In this document: positions 1 to 9,229 of the stretch, in pieces
Layout: the number at the start of each line of letters is the position of its first letter
Position numbering within the stretch: the stretch's first letter is position 1
Assembly: GCA_044892505.1 (NCBI GenBank)
Contig: CM097883.1
Coordinates: forward strand, 278,070,001-278,134,000
Source: Schmidtea nova
Lineage: Eukaryota
Direction of reading: 5' to 3'
DNA: 64,000 nucleotides
Notes under the pieces: model-generated
Told to the model about the DNA's origin: nothing
Seen by the model: only the letters and a program-made list of their open reading frames with translations
Databases searched by the model: none
Made by a program: the position numbers and the translations under genes

Positions 1-1302
1 GTGAATGTAGGTACATTGATTTACATACTCATCCCAGTCGTTTTGATTTTTGTTTACAAAAACTGATAACCTATTTAATAGTGTGCCATTAAATCGTTCA
101 ACTAGGCCATCTGTTTGAGGGTGATATGCAGTCGTATTTATTTTCTGTATGTCAAAGATATTTGCTAGTCTTTGAATTATTTCACTCATGAAATTCTTTC
201 CTCTGTCTGTGAGTAACTTCTTTGGTGTCCCAATTCTAAATATTATTTTTTCTGTTAATAATTTGGCTACTGTTTCTGCGGTCTCATCTTTAGTCGGAAA
301 AGCTTCTGCCCACTTTGTAAAATAATCACTGAAGACTAAGATATGTCTGTTACCTTTAATTGTGACGGGTAATTTGCATAAAAAATCCATAGCGCATAAT
401 TCCATTGGCGAATTTATTACCGGTATTGGATGGAGTGGGGCTTTTGTTCTTGTTCCCGTATTTTTTCGAGTGGCACATATTGTGCATGAGTTACACCATT
501 GCTTTACATCATTTTTAAGATTTTCCCAATAGTATTTTTGTAATAATCTATTAGCTGTTTTTCTAGCTGAAAGATGTCCTCCGAGTGCACCATCGTGATA
601 TTGTAATAAAAGTATTTGTTTCAACTTCTGTGGTACTACTATAAGTTGTTTACCTGTAATATCTTCCATCATTAATACATTTTTGCTTAATTTAAATTTG
701 TTATTACTTCCTTTAATAACTTCATCTCTTACTTTACTAAGTTCAGAATCGTCTATTTGTTCTTGGTATATATCTATTGGATTTTCAGCCACCACGGCAA
801 AAATTTCTAATACGCTTAATTCTGGTATTCGTGATAATGCTTCTGCGTTTTTGTTTATTCGACCAGGTTTATAAATAATTTTTACATGCATATCTTGTAT
901 TTTCATTGCCCATTTTAGTAATCTACTTGATGTATCTTTATGTTTCCATAATCCTTCTAATGGTTTGTGGTCCGTTCGTATTAATACTTCTGATCCATAT
1001 ATGTATTGCTTGAATTGTCTAAGTGCGAACATTATTGCATAACATTCTTTTTCTATAGTTGAATATCGGGTTTCCGCACTTTTTAATGTTTTACTTGCAT
1101 ATGCTATGACATAATCTTTGCCCTTTTCCTCTTCCTGACCTAAGACTGCTCCTACAGCTTTTCCACTAGCATCAGTCATAATGATGAATTGTTTTGTGAA
1201 ATCCGGGTATCTTAATATTGGAGCTGTTACTAATTTTTCTTTGAGTTGCTCAAAAGCAATTTGTTGTCGTTGCGTCCATATTTTTTGTGACTTTCCATTA
1301 TC
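1..1302 (-). CDS. RNase H and integrase, in the same frame as the polyprotein, after a single TAA at 1303-1305
   Basis: Manual translation continues in frame without stops to base 1: WTQRQQIAFEQLKEKL, ILRYPDFTKQFIIMTDASG, RTDHKPL, HDGALGGH...CNSC (HHCC), AMDFL, LLTDRGKNF, YHPQTDGLVERFN (DDE). Confidence 0.92.
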
Positions 1303-4300
1303 TTAATTTATTTTTTGTACTATTTGTGTTTTTCTCCCATCTTCTTTTGTTTTCACTCCCTTTGTTAATTCAATTAATGGGGCTGCAATTTTAGCATAAT
1401 TTTCTATGAATTTTCGATAGTATCCTGTTAAACCTAAGAATCCTTGTATTTCTTTTACATTTTTTGGAATAGGAAACTGTTGTACTGTTTTAATCTTATC
1501 TGGATTTGGAATGATGCCATCAATTGATACAATATGTCCTAAATATAATGCAGACGATTCTGCCCATTTACATTTGGTAGGTTTGATTTTTAGTTTAGAT
1601 TTTCGAAATCTTTCTAATACATTTTTTATGTCTTGAAGATGTCCTTCGAATGTTTTTGATGCTATCAGTATGTCATCCATATAAACGGCACAGTGTTGAA
1701 CATCTATTAGTATGGTGTTCATCAATCTTTGAAATGTTGCTGGTGCATTTACCATCCCGAATGGTAATCTTAAAAATTCATATAACTCATCTTCAATCAC
1801 GAATGCTGATTTTTCTATATCTCCTTCTTCTATTTGAATTTGCATATATCCCTTATTTGCGTCTATAACTGTAAAATATTTAGCACCTCTAAGTTTATCA
1901 TATTGTTCTTGTGCTTTAGGGAATGGATATGAATCTTTAACTGTAACTTCGTTTAATTTTCTATAATCGATGCACATCCTTATCTCACCATCTTTCTTTC
2001 TAACTGGTACTATAGGTGATGCCCATTGTGAAAAACTTTGTCTAATTACTCCTGCTCCTTTTAATTCGTTGATTTGTCTTTTTATTTCTTCCCTAAGTTT
2101 ATAAGGAGTTACATAAGGTCTTTGTTTTAATGGTCTGGCATTTCCTGTATCAATTACATGTTTTATAATATCGGTATCTCCTAGGTCAAATTCATGTTTG
2201 GCAAAAACATCATTATACTCATCAATTAAGGTTTGTAACTGTTGTAGTTGTGTTGCGGTCAAATAATTATTAGTTATTTTAATTTTATCATAGAATTTAA
2301 TATTATTTTTTGAATTTTGTTCGAAGCTCTTTTCGAGGTCATTTCCCATGATGTATAATTCTCCTATTTCATGTTTGTTCAAATCACATTTAGATAATTG
2401 TCCCAACTTTGTACCTTTATGAATTTTAACCTTTTTATTCTCAAAGTTTGCAATTCTTACTGGGATTACACCTTTCTTTGGCATTACACATTCATTTGCT
2501 ACCATAATATTGTTATTTTTTGCCATGTTAGTATTTGGTTCGAAAACGTATGTATCTTCGCTTTGAACATTTACCTTTATAGGTATAATATTATCACTTT
2601 CGTATTCCAATTCAAATTCCTCCATTGCGTAAATGTTTATATCACTTCGGTGGGTCTTATTTATCTTTCTTTTTATTTTATTATCTGATAGATCTATTAC
2701 ATACCCTTTCAATTTTTTAAGGATGTCTATACCTAGTATACATTTTCTATGGCATATATTTGCTACCCTAAACACATGGTTTATTCTTTGATTTTCGAAA
2801 TGAACTGTAAGTTCGATATTTCCTCTGATAGGTATTGTGTGTGAAGAAAGGGATACTAGTTCATCATTTGTCGGTCTAATGTTTTGACGTTGTTGTTCAG
2901 TTAATAACTCATTTTCTATTAATGATGCTGCTGCACCTGTGTCTACTAACGCATTTATAGTTTGATTATTTATCTTTATTTGAGTTCTTGGTCTCATTCC
3001 ATTTGCTTCTTCTCCTTCTTCTATTCCATAGCATCCATATATTCTTTTAGGTTTTTTTGTGAATATATTACCACTATGTTTTTCCACAGGTATTTTGACT
3101 TCAATCTCGTTTTGTAGACTTTTCAATTGCTCCATATGTATAATGTATGGTCCCCCTTGTGGTTGTTCAATGTTTTCAGACTCACTTGTATGATTATTTT
3201 CTTCATTTACATTTTCGTCCATTAATCTGTCTTCTTCCGTTTTTCTAATTATCCTTTTAATATCTTTATCATGTTTTGCTGTTATCAAGTATTTCGCAAC
3301 AAATGGACATAAACAAGCCAACATTTTGAATGAATTACCAAATACCTGCCTTAATTGTCTAAGTGATACTAATGATGAACATATCATTTTCAGTAATGCA
3401 ACTGAATAGTAAATGCCAAGTATAGTTGAGAATGTGTTACCTAAGATTGCAAAATATCCCCAAATACTATATAAAACTTTGTAAACTACCTTTTTAAAGT
3501 GTTCTTTTGATAGAAGTATATCAAAGTTATATTTTCCATCATGGCTGTTCTCTATTATTTTACTGGCGATAACTGTTAATACCTTTTCTTTTTCATTGGG
3601 AAATAATAAGTGTTTTCTTGCGCTTTCTATAGCTTCTTTTGAATATAACCCATTGCTATCAAAATCATTTACTTCGAAGAATTCGAGTTTTTTATCTAAT
3701 TCTGTCATTTCTAGTTTCAAAGGTGTTATTGCTACCTTCTTATCTGACATTGTTATCCATGTTTCATCATCTAGTTGATATAAAGGATCCAATAAATTTG
3801 TACATTTATCAATCTTCTTTGGTGTATAGTTTTTGTCTGTTAGTATTCGTGTAATTGGTTGTAGGTAAACTCTTTCTCCTTTATATATGACAGGTAATTC
3901 GTTTGTACATTGTTTGTTTGTGGCTAGTGCTACACTGACTGGTTTACATTGAAATGTTTGTATGACTTCCCCTACAACTCTTGCAAAAGCGCCTCTTTCT
4001 GAAAAAAGCATTGGGGCCATTAAGTCTGGGTTTGTGATAGCTAGTACCATCTTTGTTCTTAAGATTTCTCGATTAAGCTTACAATCATTTATAATAGTTT
4101 CCTGGTATACTCTATCTAGTTGCATTAGTTGGTGATGGTAAAAGTAATCTATCTTATTATTAAAGTAGGATGAAAGTTTGACATCGTATTTATTGACTTT
4201 TAGTTTTGCATCTTTTATTTCATCTTTGCTTAGATATATACCCTTATAATTGGTCTGTATTATTGATCTCCCACACTTAACACTTTCTCCTTTGCTTACA

Positions 4301-7300
4301 AATCTCATTGCTTCTCCTGAAGATTCTGTCATGTATATCGTTGGTGTATCTTTTTCTTGAATTACTATTGTCTTTCTTTTTCTATCTTTTATTTTTGTTG
4401 ACTCTGAGTTTGTAAATTGTTTGCCTCTTATAGTCATGAATTTTAGTGATTTTAATTTGGTCAAAGGACATTCATACGAATCGACTTTATATATTACAAT
4501 TGATTCTCCGGTATCACAACTTATTTCTTTTGATGTACAGAATGGGTATGTCATCATCTTTTGTGTTACGCTATCGAAAGATGCCTTAAATTGTCTAAGT
4601 TCAACAATATATTCTCTTCTCACAACGGCATTTTTTATAGTATGTCCCCATATCTTGTATTCTCCACCTTGACAATATCCACCATGTGAAGACCATCCAA
4701 CTACATCAACTCGTTGTTTTACACGTGCACCTATCTGTGCTTTTAATTCAATTTCATGTATTTTTATCTTTTTTGATTGAAATGCATGTTCACATTCTTG
4801 TGGAGTTATCGTAATAGTATCCGGTGTAAATGAGGGCCTTAAGATTGTCCGCGCTATGCTGTGACATACAAAAGCCTCTTCTGAATATCTTATTATACAT
4901 TCTCTCGCTTCGGTATGTATAAAATCTGATTCCTGATACACATGATATAATCTAGGTTCGGTTGTAATTAAGTTAATCGGGTTCGCTTCTGGACAGTTTT
5001 CTATATCTAATAGTGAATATTTTTGTCCCCATTTCGGGTTCTGACAGTCGTATGCTATCATGCCCGTACACCCTTTTAATATACTTAATAATATTGCTAT
5101 CATCACTATTATTGTGGATATAAATGATTTATGATCACTTTTCCCTGATTTCTTCGTCGTTTTATCTATTATTTTCTTCAATTTTCTTTCAATTTCTTTG
5201 TCATTAGTACATTGTTGCTCTGCGTTTATCTCCATTGATTCATCTTTTCCTCTTAAGATTTCCCATCCTCCATTTGCATGTATCCAAGGTATCGCATTAT
5301 TTTGTAACTTTGTAAATATCCTTTTAGCAATTTTACTTAATTTCTTTGGTTTCATCTTCAGAACATCTTCTGATTTATAAATAAGATACGCAATTGCTGT
5401 TATAATTCTATTTTCATCAATTCCAGTAGTAAATAAAATATCTAAAACTTCGCCTTCATCCGCTTCTTGCTTTGTTAATCCTTTAATCTCTGACTCTATA
5501 ACTTCAATTTTTTTATATATATTAATAATAAATGATGGAGATCCTATGTGTTCATATACTTTAGGATACATGATTTTTATTAACTCTACTAGTACATCAA
5601 CGTCCTTATCTTTCGTTGACGTTTTGTTTGCAATTTCTTTCAGTTTTTCAGCAATGTTATTATTCTTTAATTTTGGGAGTCTTTTTTCCTCCAACGTAAA
5701 GGTCATTATACCTCCTATAGCTCCTCTCGCGGTCTCTTCCTTATCTTCTTTGTCTGGGCTTAGTTTTGAAATTTTCTTGTTGGCTACTCCTAAACCACTT
5801 TTTATTGAAACTGTTATGACGTTATTTTCACTGGCGTTTATCCCATAATCCATTAAACAATCTTCGTTTTGCATCTTCATCCCAGAAAAATGCAATATTA
5901 TCTCATCATTTATTCCTAGATCGGCATACCAATTTGCTCTGGCTATTTGTTTCATCTTTTTTACCTTTGTACACGCATGTACCCCTTGTTTATGGACAAT
6001 TATTCTAGGTGTATCTTTATCATTTGTTTCTAATGTAATTTCTAGTGGCTCCTGTAATCTTTCATTTTTTCGAACATAATCGCTATAACATTTCAACATC
6101 TCTTTAATTTCAATTTCCAATTCAAATAATTGGGTTAATCTTTGTTTCTTTACTAATAATGGTATCAAATTTCTCAGATTCTCCAGATTTATTCCTTCCA
6201 CATGAATTTTATTTAATATTCTCAAAACTTCATTATCATCAACTAGATAATTTCTCAAAGATTCCTCTAATTCCTGTCTCAAAGTATTCTGTCTATCTAA
6301 TTCTGCAAAAAACTGTTCATCTCTTTCTCTTTGCTGTCTCAACTCTTCATTATCTATCTTAACTTCATTTGTAAAAGTTTTGAATTCGTTTATCGAAACA
6401 TTAATTTTATTTCTTTCGATTAATCTCTCATATTTTGTTTTAAATTCTTGTAATTCATCTCTCAGCATCTCAATTTCATTATTCGACTCTTTAACCTCCA
6501 TACTATTTATTTGTTTAATTTCAGGCTCTTTCTTAAATTGAACTCTATTTGGAGATTCGACTCGTGCATTTTTACATGCTTTTGCCATATGGCCATATTT
6601 CTGACAGTTGAAGCATCTTATTTCTCCGCGAAAATTAACTTTATCTCTCCCATCGTTACTAAACGGACTCGATCGTCTATCTCTATCAAAAGTTTGTCGA
6701 GTGGGACTCATTCTCCGTCCTCTATAATTGTTTCTATTTATTTCGAAATTGTTTCTATTATCACTATTTCTATTTTCGTTAAATCGATTTGTTCGAGTAT
6801 ATTCGAAATAATTACTCCTGTTGCTTGGATTATCATTAAAACGATTATTTCTATTGTACCCACTATTTCTAAAACGACCATCTCTATTATAGTTTCCTCG
6901 ACCCCTACTATCTCGATTATAATAATTATCTATATAATTCCCCACATAAGTATTTTTATCATTAAATTCCAAATGATCATTATTTCGATTATTCGATCTG
7001 CCTCTCGGACTATTAAATCTATTATTGTTGTCAAAACTACGACTCGGACTTGGACTAGTCTTTCTCCTATTTTTAACATAATTCAAATATAGCTGCTTCA
7101 TCTCCTCCCAAGGAATGTTATCATCTTTATCGTTTGACTTGGTTTTTCCTTTTTCAATTTCCTGAATTTCTACTGCATCAATCACAGAACTAAATCTATC
7201 CCTCTGTATTGCTTCAATTCTTCGTGCCTTTTGTACTAACTCATTTAAATTCTCATATTCTACCATGATCAAAGATTTGTATAAATGTTTTTGGATACCA

Positions 7301-7773
7301 TTCCAAAATTGATCCTCAATTAGTCTTGTAGTATGTTCTCCCACACCAAAGGCTTTTCGAGCTAATTCAGTTAAATTATAAACATACTCTCCAATTGTTT
7401 CTCTGCTCCCTTGATATCTATTTCGAAATTTTTGTACATTTATCTTTTGTAAATCTCGCTCGATTACTATTTCACCTCTCAAATTATCAACTAAATCTTC
7501 CCAATTTCTACCCTTACACTCTAAATTATTATATGCTTGTAATGCATACCCCTTTAAATATAACGGTATTCTTCTTTTTAATTCATCTCTTGTCCATCCA
7601 CAAGCTTCTGCACACTGGGCAATTTCATCGAAAAAATCATCAAATTTTTCAGGTTCGTCCTTATAATGCTCTATGGGTAATGTTTTTATCAAAATGTTAC
7701 GGTTATTATTATCCTCATCTCTATTTTGCCAAATATGTCTTATATTATCATTATTTTCATTATTTTGCGCCAT
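1303..7773 (-). CDS. Gag-Ubl-Bcl-2-like-Env-PR-RT polyprotein (first ATG at 7773; ORF track starts at an upstream TTG, 7797)
   Basis: Capsid-like RIPLYLKGYALQAY; knuckle CFNCQKYGHMAKAC (~6575-6616); Ubl-like LHFSGMKMQNEDCLMDYGI (~5843-5900); BH2-like WIHANGGWE (5260-5286); hydrophobic signal FISTIIVMIAILLSILKGCTG (~5060-5125); Cys-rich ectodomain; TM (~3365-3480); protease ALVDTGAAASL (~2925-2955); RT YMDD (~1673-1684). Confidence 0.92.
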   Translation of the reverse strand: MAQNNENNDNIRHIWQNRDEDNNNRNILIKTLPIEHYKDEPEKFDDFFDEIAQCAEACGWTRDELKRRIPLYLKGYALQAYNNLECKGRNWEDLVDNLRGEIVIERDLQKINVQKFRNRYQGSRETIGEYVYNLTELARKAFGVGEHTTRLIEDQFWNGIQKHLYKSLIMVEYENLNELVQKARRIEAIQRDRFSSVIDAVEIQEIEKGKTKSNDKDDNIPWEEMKQLYLNYVKNRRKTSPSPSRSFDNNNRFNSPRGRSNNRNNDHLEFNDKNTYVGNYIDNYYNRDSRGRGNYNRDGRFRNSGYNRNNRFNDNPSNRSNYFEYTRTNRFNENRNSDNRNNFEINRNNYRGRRMSPTRQTFDRDRRSSPFSNDGRDKVNFRGEIRCFNCQKYGHMAKACKNARVESPNRVQFKKEPEIKQINSMEVKESNNEIEMLRDELQEFKTKYERLIERNKINVSINEFKTFTNEVKIDNEELRQQRERDEQFFAELDRQNTLRQELEESLRNYLVDDNEVLRILNKIHVEGINLENLRNLIPLLVKKQRLTQLFELEIEIKEMLKCYSDYVRKNERLQEPLEITLETNDKDTPRIIVHKQGVHACTKVKKMKQIARANWYADLGINDEIILHFSGMKMQNEDCLMDYGINASENNVITVSIKSGLGVANKKISKLSPDKEDKEETARGAIGGIMTFTLEEKRLPKLKNNNIAEKLKEIANKTSTKDKDVDVLVELIKIMYPKVYEHIGSPSFIINIYKKIEVIESEIKGLTKQEADEGEVLDILFTTGIDENRIITAIAYLIYKSEDVLKMKPKKLSKIAKRIFTKLQNNAIPWIHANGGWEILRGKDESMEINAEQQCTNDKEIERKLKKIIDKTTKKSGKSDHKSFISTIIVMIAILLSILKGCTGMIAYDCQNPKWGQKYSLLDIENCPEANPINLITTEPRLYHVYQESDFIHTEARECIIRYSEEAFVCHSIARTILRPSFTPDTITITPQECEHAFQSKKIKIHEIELKAQIGARVKQRVDVVGWSSHGGYCQGGEYKIWGHTIKNAVVRREYIVELRQFKASFDSVTQKMMTYPFCTSKEISCDTGESIVIYKVDSYECPLTKLKSLKFMTIRGKQFTNSESTKIKDRKRKTIVIQEKDTPTIYMTESSGEAMRFVSKGESVKCGRSIIQTNYKGIYLSKDEIKDAKLKVNKYDVKLSSYFNNKIDYFYHHQLMQLDRVYQETIINDCKLNREILRTKMVLAITNPDLMAPMLFSERGAFARVVGEVIQTFQCKPVSVALATNKQCTNELPVIYKGERVYLQPITRILTDKNYTPKKIDKCTNLLDPLYQLDDETWITMSDKKVAITPLKLEMTELDKKLEFFEVNDFDSNGLYSKEAIESARKHLLFPNEKEKVLTVIASKIIENSHDGKYNFDILLSKEHFKKVVYKVLYSIWGYFAILGNTFSTILGIYYSVALLKMICSSLVSLRQLRQVFGNSFKMLACLCPFVAKYLITAKHDKDIKRIIRKTEEDRLMDENVNEENNHTSESENIEQPQGGPYIIHMEQLKSLQNEIEVKIPVEKHSGNIFTKKPKRIYGCYGIEEGEEANGMRPRTQIKINNQTINALVDTGAAASLIENELLTEQQRQNIRPTNDELVSLSSHTIPIRGNIELTVHFENQRINHVFRVANICHRKCILGIDILKKLKGYVIDLSDNKIKRKINKTHRSDINIYAMEEFELEYESDNIIPIKVNVQSEDTYVFEPNTNMAKNNNIMVANECVMPKKGVIPVRIANFENKKVKIHKGTKLGQLSKCDLNKHEIGELYIMGNDLEKSFEQNSKNNIKFYDKIKITNNYLTATQLQQLQTLIDEYNDVFAKHEFDLGDTDIIKHVIDTGNARPLKQRPYVTPYKLREEIKRQINELKGAGVIRQSFSQWASPIVPVRKKDGEIRMCIDYRKLNEVTVKDSYPFPKAQEQYDKLRGAKYFTVIDANKGYMQIQIEEGDIEKSAFVIEDELYEFLRLPFGMVNAPATFQRLMNTILIDVQHCAVYMDDILIASKTFEGHLQDIKNVLERFRKSKLKIKPTKCKWAESSALYLGHIVSIDGIIPNPDKIKTVQQFPIPKNVKEIQGFLGLTGYYRKFIENYAKIAAPLIELTKGVKTKEDGRKTQIVQKIN

Positions 7774-7953
7774 TCTATATACTATTCGGTTTCTCAAATT
7801 ATAAATTATTTCGGGTTGATTATCAATGTTATTTCACTATTATCTCAAAAATTTAATGTCCAATAATTTTTATATTTATAAATAATCCCAATATACAATA
7901 TCCCTCTGATCTCAATTTCTATCCCCCAAGTTGATTTATTCACTTTAATTTAG

Positions 7954-7971
7954 TCCCGGTTCGCGGCACCA
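7954..7971 (-). other. Primer-binding site, most like tRNA-Phe
   Basis: Minus strand reads ...CTCAACA-TT-TGGTGCCGCGAACCGGGA: 18 nt starting TGG, 2 nt after a CA LTR end, resembling the complement of animal tRNA-Phe 3' ends as I recall them. Confidence 0.75.
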
Positions 7972-7973
7972 AA

Positions 7974-8202
7974 TGTTGAGGTTCCCAGAATCTCAACTTG
8001 GTATCTTATATAAATAAATAAGATAACACTGGTTCAAAGAATTTATTCAAATACAACAAATACAAATTACCTAAAAATTATTATAGATTCACAATGTTGT
8101 TCCTATAATGTGTAAATATATATGTATGCGTGTGTATGTGTGAATGCCTTCTGAGCTCGATATCTTGTATGCTCGAAATTATTATTTCAATAGTCGATAA
8201 CA
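7974..8202 (-). repeat. Candidate 5' LTR (~230 bp)
   Basis: TGTT...AACA termini. The PBS-side boundary is firm; the distal boundary (8202) is inferred from terminal symmetry only. AATAAA on the minus strand near 8043. Confidence 0.55.
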
Positions 8203-9229
8203 ACTATGAAATTCTTCTTACGCAAAGATTTTATGGGTGATTTAACTGAAAAATCAGTCAGTTTATATACTAAATTTTAAGGCACTTAATCTGTCAATAA
8301 TGATTGTTATTTTGCCTCTTGAGTTGATTGAATTTGTTTTTGAAAATAGAGTTGTTTTCAAAACAGAATTGTTTTCAAAATTATTTTTTAACCTTGAGAT
8401 ATTATTTCATTTTTCTGACCTTGTAGGTCAGAAATATAATTTATTTAAACAAACAGTAATTTATTTATTTTTAATTTATTTAAACAATCTGTATTATTTA
8501 TTTATTTTATTATTATTATTATTTATTGAATTAAAATATTAAAATATAAATGAAAATATAATCCATTTTCCAAATAGTTAAAAATTAATTTACATAAAAT
8601 ATTTTCAACACAAAATATTTTTTCAAAATTATATAAAATTTTGTCCATCACCATAAAAATGTCAATAAATGTTCGCAATATCACAAATGATAAATTGTCA
8701 TGCTGATAAATTGTCATTACAAAAATTAATTGTCAACAATATTTTATTAACAGAAACAAAATAAAATTATCCCATAAAAATAAAAATTGCCAAATAGTCA
8801 TCACATAAAATATTATCATATAAAATCACTAAAATCATAATGTCATTGAATTTGATATTTTCCATTGATTATTGACTTGTCATTGCCATCTGATCCACAT
8901 GTATATTTATCCTGTATCTTCCATTTCCTACTGTATAATGTTTTAATTTTAAAACCCTTATTCTACGCCCATCTTCTAACAATAAATCAAAAACAAAAAC
9001 TCGCCGGTGTTTGTTAGTCTTAATTTGTAACGAGTTCTTTGTTTTGTTATTTGAATTTGCCACGTTGTTTGCAATAATTTTAAGCGCCTCTCTCAAAGGA
9101 ATTTTTGTTTTGAACATTCAAGTTTAGTTGGTTCTCGTTTACAATTTTTTGGAGAATGAGTAAGTGAATAATCAATTTGCATACTTTTGATGCTTCATAA
9201 AACTTTTCAATTTAGTTTAGCCACGGACA

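Larger units (their letters stand above)
1..8202 (-). mobile_element. Ty3/gypsy LTR retrotransposon with env placed between gag and pol; 3' end runs off the window
   Basis: Domain order Gag-CCHC...PR(VDTGA)-RT(YMDD)-RNaseH(MTDAS)-IN(HHCC, DDE) is gypsy-type. PBS and candidate 5' LTR lie just upstream. Left coordinate is the window edge. Confidence 0.95.

Noticed and set aside
6130-6330. Possible death-fold or second degenerate Ubl in element 1 (RNYLVDDNEVLRILNKIHVEGINLENLRNL)
   Set aside because: Only a vague resemblance; it cannot be supported without an HMM or structure search.
683-7856. Plus-strand ORFs overlapping the polyprotein (e.g. 6511-7092, 5546-5848, 7395-7856)
   Set aside because: Antisense shadows of an A-rich coding strand (I/S/F-rich), with no motifs.
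8869-9117. 82-aa basic ORF next to the hAT remnant
   Set aside because: No recognisable motif, splice context or second copy.
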